A stretch of 64,000 nucleotides of DNA from an uncultured Christensenella sp. (GCA_964387705.1 CAYLWT010000003.1:2693-66692), one strand, 5' to 3'; positions 27,843 to 37,400 are shown, counted from the first letter of the stretch. Numbers and translations: made by a program. The notes: a model not told the origin generated them from the letters alone.

Positions 27843-29012
27843 TTACTTTACTTTCTTCACCTTGATGGGTGATATTCCACGAAGAAATGAAACACTCGTT
27901 TTTAAAGTTTCAACAACAAAATCAACTTGTTCCCTTGTGTTGTCTGTTGCAAAAGAAAACCTAATTGTACTTTGTGCTTGTTCTGGGCTGATCCCCATTG
28001 CCATAAGCACATGGCTTGGGTCTCTGCTTCCGCTGGAACAAGCCGAACCTGTTGAAACGGCGATCCCCTTTAAGTCAAGAAGGTTGCTAAGAGCCTCCCC
28101 ATTTACACCCAAAAATGACAAGCTGACCATTCCAGAAACTCTTTGATGAATATGTCCATTTTGCACAACATTTGGGATTTCTTCCACAACACGAGTGACA
28201 AAATAATCTCTCAAACTTCTAAGTTTTTTGCAATCAATAATATAATTGCTAGCCGTGATTTCCATTGCTTTGCCAAAACCAACAATTGCTGGTACGTTAA
28301 GTGTTCCCCCTCGCTTGCCACGTTCTTGTTCACCACCATAAATAATATTGTTAATTTTAACGCCTTTTTTCAAATACAATGCCCCGACTCCCTTTGGTCC
28401 ATGTATTTTATGTCCACTCATGCTCATTGCATCAATGTCAATATCCTTCACATCAATTTTAAAATTTCCAATGGCTTGCACTGCATCCGTGTGAAATAGC
28501 ACATTTTTTTCATGAGCAATTGTTGCAATCGTTTTTAGATTTTGAATTGTTCCAACTTCGTTGTTTGATGCCATAATGCTGATAAGTATTGTATTTTGAT
28601 TGATATAATGAAGCAAATCAGCAATGCTCACGAGCCCCTGACTATCAACAGGGAGATAAGTCACCTCAAAGCCCATTTCTTCAAGCTTTTTGCAGGTATC
28701 CAAAACGCTGTGATGTTCTATTGCCGAGGTGATAATGTGGTTGCCTTTTTCTCTATTTGCCAAAGCCAATCCAAAAAGAGCCCAGTTGTTAGCCTCTGTG
28801 CCACCTGATGTAAAATATATTTCCCCACGTTCTGCATTTATTGCGTTTGCAACTCTGTCCCTTGCTTTGTCCACAAGTGCTTGGGCATCACGTCCAAAAC
28901 AATGAAGACTGTTTGCGTTGCCAAAAGTTTCACCAAAAGCAGGCAACATTTCACTTAAAACTTCGTCTAAAACACGAGTTGTTGCAGCATTGTCAAGATA
29001 AATTCTTTGCAT
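27843..29012 (-). CDS. nifS: cysteine desulfurase (NifS/IscS class I)
   Basis: 389 aa. PLP-lysine block SMSGHKIHGPKG, catalytic loop STGSACSSG. Confidence 0.93.
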   Translation of the reverse strand: MQRIYLDNAATTRVLDEVLSEMLPAFGETFGNANSLHCFGRDAQALVDKARDRVANAINAERGEIYFTSGGTEANNWALFGLALANREKGNHIITSAIEHHSVLDTCKKLEEMGFEVTYLPVDSQGLVSIADLLHYINQNTILISIMASNNEVGTIQNLKTIATIAHEKNVLFHTDAVQAIGNFKIDVKDIDIDAMSMSGHKIHGPKGVGALYLKKGVKINNIIYGGEQERGKRGGTLNVPAIVGFGKAMEITASNYIIDCKKLRSLRDYFVTRVVEEIPNVVQNGHIHQRVSGMVSLSFLGVNGEALSNLLDLKGIAVSTGSACSSGSRDPSHVLMAMGISPEQAQSTIRFSFATDNTREQVDFVVETLKTSVSFLRGISPIKVKKVK

Positions 29013-29103
29013 AATAAATCCCTTCTTTCATTTACAAATAAATTTTGCCATTTTTTTAATAATTTGTCAATAGTCATTTTGCACAAAAAGAGCAAAAATA
29101 AAT

Positions 29104-29130
29104 AAAAAAGGAACAAAAAAATCTGTTCCC
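29104..29130 (-). terminator. intrinsic terminator after rplS
   Basis: Minus strand GGAACA-gauuuuuu-UGUUCC followed by a U-run. Confidence 0.65.
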
Positions 29131-29143
29131 TTAAATATTTGAC

Positions 29144-29485
29144 TTATCTAGCCTCTTTAATCTTTGTTGCTTTGCCAGTGAGGTCACGGAGATAAAAGAG
29201 TTTTGCACGTCTAACTTTACCCTTTTTCAAGACTTCCACTTTGTCAATCTTTGGGCTATGAAGTGGGAAAGTTCTTTCCACTCCCACACCAAAAGACATG
29301 TGTCTTACAGTAAAGGATTCTCTTATGCTTCCATTTCTTCTAGCGATAACAACGCCTTCATACCCCTGAATTCTTTCTTTATTGCCTTCTTTAATTTTGT
29401 AATAAACTTTAACAGTGTCACCAATGCTAAATTCTGGGATATTATCTTTGATATTCTCTTTTTCAATAACATCAATAAGGTTCAT
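29144..29485 (-). CDS. rplS: 50S ribosomal protein L19
   Basis: [40 protein letters not shown]... GGAGGTA RBS at 29491-29497 upstream of ATG 29485. The ORF-track N-terminal extension is not supported. Confidence 0.94.
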   Translation of the reverse strand: MNLIDVIEKENIKDNIPEFSIGDTVKVYYKIKEGNKERIQGYEGVVIARRNGSIRESFTVRHMSFGVGVERTFPLHSPKIDKVEVLKKGKVRRAKLFYLRDLTGKATKIKEAR

Positions 29486-29513
29486 TTTGTTACCTCCACT
29501 TAAATTGCAAGAT

Positions 29514-29542
29514 ATAATAACACAATACAATAAAAATTGCAA
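29514..29542 (-). promoter_or_regulatory. promoter of rplS (TTGCAA-17-TATTAT)
   Basis: Minus strand TTGCAA 29542-29537, 17-nt spacer, TATTAT 29519-29514. Confidence 0.45.
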
Positions 29543-29600
29543 GCGTTTTTTCAAATTTAGCAAAAACATTTTTCTTGCTTAAAATGATTTGCTAGTTTTT

Positions 29601-29960
29601 TTACGTAATTCCTTCAATATGGTCAATTTTATGGTCTTGTTTTGTCCCCAAAATTGCCACACAATCAAAACGAATATCAACCCTGTCCAAAAGTCCTTTG
29701 AGTTTAAGATAGGACAACGCGGTCCGTTTCATATGAATAAGTTTATATTTTGTTATTGCCTCTTGTGGCAAACCGAATTGGTCGCTTGTTCGCATTTTTA
29801 CTTCAACAAAAACAAGAATGTTCCTATCAAGTGCAATTATATCAATTTCACCTGTTCTTGAAAAAAAATTTGTTTCAACAATTTTGTATCCTTTGTTTTT
29901 CAAAAAGTTAACTGCTATTGCTTCTCCGATTCCACCTGTTTGTTTATTTAAACTTTTCAT
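29601..29960 (-). CDS. yraN: YraN family (UPF0102) endonuclease-like protein
   Basis: 119 aa, GEAIAVNFLKNKGYKIVETNF...GEIDIIALD...VFVEVK. Confidence 0.85.
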   Translation of the reverse strand: MKSLNKQTGGIGEAIAVNFLKNKGYKIVETNFFSRTGEIDIIALDRNILVFVEVKMRTSDQFGLPQEAITKYKLIHMKRTALSYLKLKGLLDRVDIRFDCVAILGTKQDHKIDHIEGIT

Positions 29961-29968
29961 TTTACCAC

Positions 29969-30571
29969 CTAAACAAAGTGTTTTATAAAGCTATCACGGT
30001 GAATTTCGCATTTGCCAAACTTTTTTAGGAGCTCGATGTGTTCTTTTGTTCCATAACCTTTATGTTTATCAAAATGATAGTTCGGATATTGTTTGGAATA
30101 TTCAACCATAAGTCTATCCCTAAAGACTTTTGCCAAAATTGATGCCGCTGCTATATTATAACTCCTTGCATCACCTTTAATAATTCCTTCTTGTGGGATA
30201 TCAGTGTCTATATGTTCTGCGTCAACAAGCACCATTTTAGGTGAAAATTTAAGCCCATTTAATGCATTTTTCATGCCAAGTTTAGTGGCTTGCAAAATAT
30301 TTATTTCATCAATGGTTTTTTCATCAATTTGAGTAATACAAAAGGTTTTTGCAGTAGCAATAATTTTATCGAATAGTTCCTCTCGTTTTTTTGGAGTTAA
30401 CTTTTTGCTATCATTTATGCCAAAGATAATTTTATCTTGCTCCAAAGGCATAATAACACAAGCACACACCACAGGGCCTGCAAGAGGGCCTCTTCCCGCT
30501 TCATCAATTCCCGCGATATCCCCCAAATTTTTATATTTGTTTTCGAACTCAAACAAATCAAATTTCTCCAT
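29969..30571 (-). CDS. rnhB: ribonuclease HII
   Basis: GIDEAGRGPLAGPVV motif. ATG 30571 (MEKFDLFEF) preferred over the TTG of the ORF track. Confidence 0.93.
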   Translation of the reverse strand: MEKFDLFEFENKYKNLGDIAGIDEAGRGPLAGPVVCACVIMPLEQDKIIFGINDSKKLTPKKREELFDKIIATAKTFCITQIDEKTIDEINILQATKLGMKNALNGLKFSPKMVLVDAEHIDTDIPQEGIIKGDARSYNIAAASILAKVFRDRLMVEYSKQYPNYHFDKHKGYGTKEHIELLKKFGKCEIHRDSFIKHFV

Positions 30572-30582
30572 TTTATCACCAA

Positions 30583-31419
30583 TCAATCCAAAACAATCTT
30601 TCCAAGTCTGCCCTTTCTGAAATCATCTAAAATCATTTTGCCACACCTGTCATAATCAAGCTCACCCTTTTTTAAAATGCAATTTCTGCTACGGCAAATG
30701 TCCTCATAAATTTCAAGGACATCCTCATCATCAGAAATATTGATATTATATCTTGCTTCCAAAAGGGCTTTATACTTTGGCAAAACATCTTTTATAAAAT
30801 TAAATGCCAAATCATTTGTATCAAGCACTTGGTCTTTAATACTCCCAATGTACGCAAGATTTCTAGCAACCCTATCGTTATCAAAGGAAGGCCACAACGT
30901 TCCAGGGGTATCAAGGAGCATAAGTCCGCTTTCAGTTTGAACCCATTGTTTGCCTTTTGTTACCCCAGGTCTATTACCCGTCTCTGTTTTTGCCTTCCCA
31001 CAAAGATTGTTTATAAGAGTACTTTTACCAACATTTGGAACGCCAACAACCATTGCTTTTGGCAAATAGTCAATTCCTTTCTCGCTTTTCCTATCCAACT
31101 TCTCACTAAGAAGTTTCTTTGCCAACAAAAAAAGAGGTTTCGCGGAATTTGATTGAATTGCATTCACTGCCACAACGGAACAATTTTTAGTCTTTAAGTT
31201 CTTTTTGAAACGTTCAAGCTCTGCTTCCTGCACCATATCGCATTTACTTAGAATATAAATAATTTGTTTATCTTTCGCCACCTGTGAGAGCTTTGGATTG
31301 AGGCATGAATAAGGAGCTCTTGCATCAAGAAGGTAGAAAACTAAATCAACGTTTTTCAGTTCCTTTTCCATTTGCCTTAGAGCTTTTGTCATATGTCCTG
31401 GAAACCATTGAATTGACAT
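30583..31419 (-). CDS. rbgA: ribosome biogenesis GTPase A (YlqF/RbgA)
   Basis: 278 aa, MSIQWFPGHMTKA; circularly permuted GTPase with SKCD ... GVPNVGKST. Confidence 0.92.
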   Translation of the reverse strand: MSIQWFPGHMTKALRQMEKELKNVDLVFYLLDARAPYSCLNPKLSQVAKDKQIIYILSKCDMVQEAELERFKKNLKTKNCSVVAVNAIQSNSAKPLFLLAKKLLSEKLDRKSEKGIDYLPKAMVVGVPNVGKSTLINNLCGKAKTETGNRPGVTKGKQWVQTESGLMLLDTPGTLWPSFDNDRVARNLAYIGSIKDQVLDTNDLAFNFIKDVLPKYKALLEARYNINISDDEDVLEIYEDICRSRNCILKKGELDYDRCGKMILDDFRKGRLGKIVLD

Positions 31420-31432
31420 TTTTACCTCCTAA

Positions 31433-32146
31433 CTAGTTCTTTTTTGTGCCATTTTGCATTTTCTTTTGTTTTCGCATATATTTTCTATATAAATCTGGCC
31501 GATTCTTTTTTGTAATTTCAAGTGACTTTTCAAGGCGCCATCTATCAACTTCCTTGTGGTTTCCATCGAGCAAAACCTGAGGGACTTCAAGACCTTCAAA
31601 TTGAAATGGACGCGTCCATTGTGGATATTCCAACAACCCCTCAGAAAATGATTCATCGGAAGTAGTTTCTTCATTGCCCAGTACTTTTGGGACGTACCTC
31701 GCAACACAATCGACAAGAACCATCGCTGGGATTTCACCACCAGTTAACACATAATCTCCAATAGAAATTTCCTCATCAACACAAAGGTCAATAATTCTTT
31801 GGTCAATCCCTTCATAATGTCCACAAATCAACACAAGCTCATCAACTTTTGACAATTCTTCCACCTTTTCTTGTGAAAGGACTTTGCCTTTGGGCGACAT
31901 ATAAATTGTGTGAGATTTATCTGTTTTGACACTCTGTATGGCATCAAACAAAGGTTGAGGAGTCATAATCATTCCAGCCCCACCACCATAAGAATAGTCA
32001 TCGCACCTTTTATTTTTGTCAAGGGTGAAATCTCTTATATTTATAACATTTATTTCAATAAGCCCATTTTTTTGTGCCCGAGACAAAATGCTATGATTAA
32101 GAGCATTAAACATTTCTGGGAATAATGTTAAAACAGTGATTTTCAC
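31433..32146 (-). CDS. trmD: tRNA (guanine37-N1)-methyltransferase
   Basis: 237 aa, MKITVLTLFPEMF...DDYSYGGGAGMIM...CGHYEGIDQR. Confidence 0.95.
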   Translation of the reverse strand: MKITVLTLFPEMFNALNHSILSRAQKNGLIEINVINIRDFTLDKNKRCDDYSYGGGAGMIMTPQPLFDAIQSVKTDKSHTIYMSPKGKVLSQEKVEELSKVDELVLICGHYEGIDQRIIDLCVDEEISIGDYVLTGGEIPAMVLVDCVARYVPKVLGNEETTSDESFSEGLLEYPQWTRPFQFEGLEVPQVLLDGNHKEVDRWRLEKSLEITKKNRPDLYRKYMRKQKKMQNGTKKN

Positions 32147-32631
32147 ACCAACACCTCATCAAGTTTGTTTTTGAAAACAACTATCTTTTTGTTTGCGACA
32201 TCAACAAATTTTATTACTTCGTTCAAGAAAGGAAAACTTCTAATTCCACCTTGTTTTAGGATATTTATTATATATGCCGAGCCATATTGCTCCACACTTT
32301 CAACATACCCTATAACGTTTTCTACTTCATCAACTACAACACAATTTTCAAGATCAGAAATTAAATATTCCCCCTCTCCTACTGGGATTTGTTCCTTTGG
32401 GACAAACAAAGAAGTGTTTCTAAACATTTCCGCTTGTTCACAATTTGTGATATCGTCTAGGATGATATACCCGAAATCCTTATAAAATCTAAACTTTATA
32501 ACATCGTGATCGTGTCCATCAATATAAACAGTTTTTAGATTGTTCCAAAAGTCAAGGTCATGCACATAAAGAGAAATTTTCATCTCGCCACGTAGACCTT
32601 GTGGTTTCAAAATTTTTGCTATCTCTATCAT
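32143..32631 (-). CDS. rimM: 16S rRNA processing protein RimM
   Basis: 162 aa, KILKPQGLRGEMK. Stop overlaps the trmD start. Confidence 0.88.
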   Translation of the reverse strand: MIEIAKILKPQGLRGEMKISLYVHDLDFWNNLKTVYIDGHDHDVIKFRFYKDFGYIILDDITNCEQAEMFRNTSLFVPKEQIPVGEGEYLISDLENCVVVDEVENVIGYVESVEQYGSAYIINILKQGGIRSFPFLNEVIKFVDVANKKIVVFKNKLDEVLV

Positions 32632-32635
32632 AATT

Positions 32636-32863
32636 TTACTTTATCTTTAAGATATATTTTTTTGATTGTTTGTGAGAAGCCGAATGCAAAATTGATCTGA
32701 TTGCCTGAGCAACCTTTCCATTTTTGCCTATCAGTTTGCCCGTGTCTTGCTGAGCAACCCTAACTTCAAAGACAACTGCTGTTTCGTCCTCATGCTTTTC
32801 AATTTCAATAGCATCTTTGTCGTCAACAAGGCTTTCCACAATAAATTTAAGTAATTCTTCCAT
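32636..32863 (-). CDS. KH-domain RNA-binding protein (YlqC family)
   Basis: 75 aa, VRVAQQDTGKLIGKNGKVAQAIRSIL (GxxG KH motif). Conserved position between rpsP and rimM. Confidence 0.85.
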   Translation of the reverse strand: MEELLKFIVESLVDDKDAIEIEKHEDETAVVFEVRVAQQDTGKLIGKNGKVAQAIRSILHSASHKQSKKYILKIK

Positions 32864-32890
32864 TCTACACTCTCCTTATATTGTGGTTAA

Positions 32891-33193
32891 TTATTTTTTT
32901 GCATCTTTTTTCTTTGGAACAATTTTCTTTGGTGTATATGGTTTTGCATTTTCAACAATACCAGCTTTGACCAAAAGAGTTCTTGCTGTTTCAGTTGGTT
33001 GTGCCCCATTTTTAAGCCATGTCAAAGTTTTTTCTTTGTCAAGTTTAAGACCATTTTCTTCAACAAGTGGGTTAAAATATCCAAGGTTGTCAATTGCCTT
33101 GCCATCTCTTGAAGTCCTTGCATCTGCAACAACAACTCTATAGAATGGGCTCTTTTTATCTCCTAGTCTTGTAAGTCTAATTTTAACTGCCAT
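32891..33193 (-). CDS. rpsP: 30S ribosomal protein S16
   Basis: 100 aa, [31 protein letters not shown]. Confidence 0.95.
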   Translation of the reverse strand: MAVKIRLTRLGDKKSPFYRVVVADARTSRDGKAIDNLGYFNPLVEENGLKLDKEKTLTWLKNGAQPTETARTLLVKAGIVENAKPYTPKKIVPKKKDAKK

Positions 33194-33278
33194 TTTTAAT
33201 TCTCCTTTATTTTATCTATATTGAATATTTTTTTGAAAGCATATTGGCATGTGCTTTAAAAAAATTGTAAAAAACTAA

Positions 33279-34592
33279 TTAAAATTTAAATTTTTTCATT
33301 CCGCCATTTTTAAGTTGCTTCATCATATTTTTTGATTGTTCAAAAGACTTCAAAAGCCTATTGACATCCTGAATTTGTGTCCCACTGCCTTCGGCAATTC
33401 TCTTTTTTTGGCTCCCCTTAATGAGTTCTGGACTGCGTCTTTCCTTTGCTGTCATGCTCTGAATAATCGCTTTATTCCTATCCATTTCCTTTTCATCAAT
33501 TGTTGCCCCCTTAAGTTTGCCACTAAGCCCGGGTATCATGCCTAAAATATCATTTATGTTTCCCATACTCTTAAGTTTGTCCATTTGAACAAGGTAGTCC
33601 TCAAATGTAAAGGCATTTTCCCTAAATTTTTTTTCAAGTTGCTTTGCTTCTTCCTCACTGACTGCATTTTGTGCTTTTTCAATGAGAGTCAACACATCGC
33701 CCATTCCAAGAATACGTGAGGCCATTCTATCAGGGTAAAAAGGTTCAATATCTCCAAGTTTTTCACCCACCCCACAAAATTTAATTGGTTTTTTAACTAC
33801 TTCAGAAATTGAAAGGGCAACCCCGCCTCTAGTGTCACCATCAAGTTTTGTAAGAACAACGCCAGTTATATCAAGTGCTTCATCAAATGTTTTTGCCACA
33901 TTAACACTTTCTTGACCATTCATGCTATCAATTACAAGCAAAATTTCTGTTGGACAGATGTTTTTCTTTAAGTCGCGAAGCTCATTCATAAGTTTCTCAT
34001 CAATAGAAAGCCTACCTGCCGTATCAACAATCAAAGTGTCATACATCTTTTTGTTTGCATAGTCAATAGCCTCTTTGCATGTCTTTGAGGGATTTTGATT
34101 TCCACGTTCAAAAACCTCAGTATTCACTGCTTTCCCCACCACTTGGAGTTGATTTATTGCCGCCGGTCTATAAATGTCACATGCAACAAGCATAGGTTTT
34201 TTCCCTTGACTTTTAAGAAGCCCAGCAAGTTTCCCACACATAGTTGTTTTTCCACTGCCTTGAAGTCCACATAACATAATTATTGTTGGCAATTGACTTG
34301 ACACTGCAAGCTTACTATTCGTTTTACCCATAAGCTCAACCAGCTCGTCATTTACAATTTTTACGACCTGTTGCCCAGGAGTTAAACTTGTGAGAACGCT
34401 CTGTCCTAAAGCCTTTTCACTAACCCTGTTTACAAAATTTTTCGCCACCAAAAAGTTTACATCAGCCTCCAAAAGGGCCACCCTAATTTCTCTCATAGCC
34501 TCTTTAATTTCAAGTTCAGTAAGTTTGCCACGTTTTGTAAGGTGAGAAAAAATATGATTGAGTCTAAGTGAAAGATTGGAAAACATTCCCAT
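33279..34592 (-). CDS. ffh: signal recognition particle protein Ffh
   Basis: 437 aa. NG domain GLQGSGKTT, DTAGR, TKLDGD. Met-rich M domain at the C-terminus. Confidence 0.95.
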   Translation of the reverse strand: MGMFSNLSLRLNHIFSHLTKRGKLTELEIKEAMREIRVALLEADVNFLVAKNFVNRVSEKALGQSVLTSLTPGQQVVKIVNDELVELMGKTNSKLAVSSQLPTIIMLCGLQGSGKTTMCGKLAGLLKSQGKKPMLVACDIYRPAAINQLQVVGKAVNTEVFERGNQNPSKTCKEAIDYANKKMYDTLIVDTAGRLSIDEKLMNELRDLKKNICPTEILLVIDSMNGQESVNVAKTFDEALDITGVVLTKLDGDTRGGVALSISEVVKKPIKFCGVGEKLGDIEPFYPDRMASRILGMGDVLTLIEKAQNAVSEEEAKQLEKKFRENAFTFEDYLVQMDKLKSMGNINDILGMIPGLSGKLKGATIDEKEMDRNKAIIQSMTAKERRSPELIKGSQKKRIAEGSGTQIQDVNRLLKSFEQSKNMMKQLKNGGMKKFKF

Positions 34593-34593
34593 A

Positions 34594-34926
34594 TTACAAA
34601 ACCTCCAAAATAGAATTTAACTTTTCTTTTATCCGTTCTTTGTTCTCATTTTTGTCGAGAAGCTGTGAGCAATCAGAAATATCGGATTTGATTTTTTCAA
34701 ACTTTTCAAGTAATTTAAGCTTGCTTTCGTAATCTTCAAGAACCCTAAACGTCCTTTTTACAATGTCATTAACCGCTTGCCGTGAAACCCCAAATTCCTC
34801 CGCGATTTCACTTAATGAAATGTTGCTATCCAAAAACAAGCAAAGCATATTCCTTTGTTTTGAAGTGAGCAGTGGTTTATAAATTTCCGCTAACAAACTT
34901 TTTCTCAAATTATCTCGAATTTCCAT
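34594..34926 (-). CDS. ylxM: YlxM/UPF0122 putative helix-turn-helix protein
   Basis: 110 aa, LTSKQRNMLCLFLDSNISLSEIAEEFGVSRQAVNDIVKR. Directly upstream of ffh. Confidence 0.88.
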   Translation of the reverse strand: MEIRDNLRKSLLAEIYKPLLTSKQRNMLCLFLDSNISLSEIAEEFGVSRQAVNDIVKRTFRVLEDYESKLKLLEKFEKIKSDISDCSQLLDKNENKERIKEKLNSILEVL

Positions 34927-34960
34927 ATTTCCTCGTAAAGCATTTTTACTTTACAACATA

Positions 34961-34988
34961 ATTATACATAATTTTTTCTTGTTGTCAA
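34961..34988 (-). promoter_or_regulatory. near-consensus promoter of ylxM-ffh (TTGACA-16-TATAAT)
   Basis: Minus strand TTGACA 34988-34983, 16-nt spacer, TATAAT 34966-34961. GAGGAAAT RBS before ATG 34926. Confidence 0.6.
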
Positions 34989-35011
34989 GCAATTTTAAAA
35001 AATATTTTTAT

Positions 35012-35093
35012 GGGCGACAGACAAAACAAAGTTTTGCAACAAAATCTTTTGATTTTGTAGAATTTTCCCCCATGAAAATTCTCTGTCTGCCCC
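35012..35093. other. 82-nt perfect four-way junction (three hairpins closed by a 10-bp GC-rich stem); candidate structured RNA or tandem-palindrome DNA site
   Basis: P1 35012-35021/35082-35092 (bulged T35088); P2 35022-35027/35031-35036; P3 35040-35046/35051-35057; P4 35060-35067/35074-35081. All pairs are Watson-Crick. No ORF. Not a tRNA geometry. Confidence 0.5.
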
Positions 35094-35098
35094 TACAT

Positions 35099-35130
35099 AA
35101 AAAAAGATTGCTTGCTTGCAATCTTTTCTT
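35099..35130. terminator. bidirectional terminator downstream of trxA
   Basis: AAAAAAAGATTGC-ttgctt-GCAATCTTTTCTT. Confidence 0.7.
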
Positions 35131-35137
35131 ACACTTC

Positions 35138-35458
35138 CTATAATTTTGCTTCTATCGCAGAAATAATTTGTCCCTTTTGACGAATCCCCACAAGCCTATC
35201 TACTTCTTCCCCATTCTTAAAAATAATCATCGTAGGAACACTCATAACTCCAAACTGTTTTGCTATGTCCATTCCCTCATCAATGTCAAGTTTATATATT
35301 TTTGCCTTGCAACCAAGCTCTTTCTGAGTAGCTTCAAGAATAGGGGCAAGCATCTTGCAAGGCCCACACCATGTGGCATAAAAATCTACCAAAACAATAC
35401 CTGCTATCTCTTTTATTGTTTTCTCAAAAGTTTCATTATTCAAATGTTCAAGTTCCAT
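35138..35458 (-). CDS. trxA: thioredoxin
   Basis: 106 aa with the WCGPC active site. Confidence 0.95.
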   Translation of the reverse strand: MELEHLNNETFEKTIKEIAGIVLVDFYATWCGPCKMLAPILEATQKELGCKAKIYKLDIDEGMDIAKQFGVMSVPTMIIFKNGEEVDRLVGIRQKGQIISAIEAKL

Positions 35459-35521
35459 TTTTTCTCCTTTCTTTCAATAATTTTAGCATTAAAGAAAATT
35501 TTTGTCACTCAAATTTGCTTG

Positions 35522-36832
35522 TTACAAAAAATATTTTCTAAGGTCATGCTCTTTGTCAAAATTCTCAAAAGCCTTTTTTACATACTCTTTGTCAATAACC
35601 ACTTTTTTAGGTTCTCCACTGGCATTAAAACTTATGTCCTCAAGCAAAAGTTCAATAACGGAATGAAGGCGTCTTGCCCCCAAATTTTCACTTGTTTCAT
35701 TTTCTTCCTCGGTATATTTGGCAATTTCTTTTAATGCATCGGTTTTAAATTCGAGGTCAATTCCGTCAACCTTCAAAAGTTCTTGATATTGAAGTGTAAC
35801 AGCATTTTTTGGTTCTGTCAAAATTTTATAAAACTCTTTTGCTGTTAAATTATCAAGGTCAACTCTAATTGGAAAACGTCCCTGAAGTTCTGGAATAAGA
35901 TCCTCAACCTTTGACACATGAAATGCCCCCGCCGCAATAAATAGAATATAATCTGTTTTAATTATGCCATATTTTGTGTTAACTGTGCAACCCTCTACAA
36001 TTGGCAGGATGTCCCTTTGGACACCCTCACGGCTAACTTCTGGGCCATTGCCCCTGCCCGAACTCCCCGCAATCTTATCAATTTCATCAATAAAGATAAT
36101 CCCTTCTTGTTCTGCACGTCTAACTGCCTCGGCCTTAACAGTTTCAATGTCAATAATTTTATCACATTCTTCTTGATTTAAAATTTCTCTTGCCTCACGA
36201 ATCGTAAGTTTTCTCTTTTTCTTTCTTGTTGGGAAAATCCCCCCCATAAGTTCGCTGAAGTTAATCTCCATGCCTGCACCAGGCATCATTTCAAAAGATT
36301 TTGGGGATTCTGCAACATCCATTTCAATAAATTCATCATCATATTTGCCCTCTTCAATTCCCTTTTGAATATGATTTTTCAAGTCCTCTTCATTTGCAGT
36401 TGCATCAATGGTCGCTTTCTTTGTTGGATAAAGATAATCAAAAAGTCTTTTGTTCACATTTGGTGCTACCTTTTCCACCACCTCACTATATTTTTCGTCT
36501 TTCACAAGGCGAAACGATGCTTCAACAAGATCTCGAACCATACTTTCGACATCTCTACCCACATAACCGACTTCAGTATATTTTGTTGCTTCGACCTTAA
36601 TAAAGGGGGCTTTGACGAGTTTTGCAAGACGCCTTGCGATTTCGGTTTTACCAACTCCAGTTGGTCCCTTCATAATAATGTTTTTGGGCGTAATTTCTTC
36701 CTGCATCTGTTTTGAAAGTTTGCTTCTTCTATATCTATTTCTAAGAGCAATGGCAACTGCCTTTTTTGCGTTGTCTTGACCAATGATGTATTTGTCAAGC
36801 TCTGCAACTATTTCTTTTGGTGTATAATTCAT
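35522..36832 (-). CDS. hslU: ATP-dependent protease ATPase subunit HslU
   Basis: 436 aa, MNYTPKEIVAELDKYIIGQDNAKKAVAIALRNRYRR, Walker A GPTGVGKTEIARRLA. Confidence 0.95.
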   Translation of the reverse strand: MNYTPKEIVAELDKYIIGQDNAKKAVAIALRNRYRRSKLSKQMQEEITPKNIIMKGPTGVGKTEIARRLAKLVKAPFIKVEATKYTEVGYVGRDVESMVRDLVEASFRLVKDEKYSEVVEKVAPNVNKRLFDYLYPTKKATIDATANEEDLKNHIQKGIEEGKYDDEFIEMDVAESPKSFEMMPGAGMEINFSELMGGIFPTRKKKRKLTIREAREILNQEECDKIIDIETVKAEAVRRAEQEGIIFIDEIDKIAGSSGRGNGPEVSREGVQRDILPIVEGCTVNTKYGIIKTDYILFIAAGAFHVSKVEDLIPELQGRFPIRVDLDNLTAKEFYKILTEPKNAVTLQYQELLKVDGIDLEFKTDALKEIAKYTEEENETSENLGARRLHSVIELLLEDISFNASGEPKKVVIDKEYVKKAFENFDKEHDLRKYFL

Positions 36833-37369
36833 CTAAATCTCCTCCACAGTCACATGACCATTTGTGAACACGCATATATCACTTGTAATTTTAAGTGCTT
36901 TAAGCACGATTTCTTTGGCACTCAAGTCAGTATTTTCCACAAGTGCACGAGAGGCCGCCAATGCATAAAACTCGCCACTTCCAATAGCCGCCACCCCATA
37001 CTCTGGCTCAAAAACGTCCCCATTCCCAGACACATAAAGCAAATTGTCTTTATCTGCAACAAGCATAAGTGCATCAAGCTTCCTAGCATATTTGTCATCT
37101 CTAAACCCTATTGCGAGTTCCACTGCACTTCGCATAAGGTTTCCGCTGAATTTTTGCAAAAGTTCCTCAAATTTTTGCGACAAACTAAACGCATCTGACG
37201 CACTGCCCGCGAATCCAATGACAACCTTTCCCCCAAAAATTCTTCTTACTTTAACGGCATTGTTTTTGATAATAAACTTTTCGCCAACGGTAACTTGCCC
37301 ATCACCAGCGATAGCTGTTTTGCCATTTCTTTTCACAGCCACAATTGTGGTGCTTCTCATTTCTTCCAT
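36833..37369 (-). CDS. hslV: ATP-dependent protease subunit HslV (CodW-like, short N-terminal extension)
   Basis: 178 aa, MEEMRSTTIVAVKRNGKTAIAGDGQVT. Confidence 0.93.
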   Translation of the reverse strand: MEEMRSTTIVAVKRNGKTAIAGDGQVTVGEKFIIKNNAVKVRRIFGGKVVIGFAGSASDAFSLSQKFEELLQKFSGNLMRSAVELAIGFRDDKYARKLDALMLVADKDNLLYVSGNGDVFEPEYGVAAIGSGEFYALAASRALVENTDLSAKEIVLKALKITSDICVFTNGHVTVEEI

Positions 37370-37400
37370 AATTCACTCCTTATCAATAATTCCTATAGTT

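Noticed and set aside
31429-31740. 103-aa minus-strand ORF overlapping the 3' part of trmD in another frame
   Set aside because: It is fully nested in trmD, which has strong family motifs, and has no independent signals.
35012-35093. Considered calling the four-way junction a tRNA, tRNA-like pseudogene, SRP RNA or 6S RNA (given its position next to ffh)
   Set aside because: Arm lengths (6, 7 and 8 bp) and loops (3, 4 and 6 nt) are incompatible with a tRNA: there is no 7-nt anticodon loop and no T-loop GTTCRA. I also see no SRP domain-IV motifs or 6S-like long bulged helix. It is kept only as an unclassified structured element.
35168-35734. 188-aa plus-strand ORF spanning trxA, the spacer and the 3' end of hslU
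   Set aside because: It runs antisense through two confidently identified genes and across their intergenic region. Implausible as a gene.
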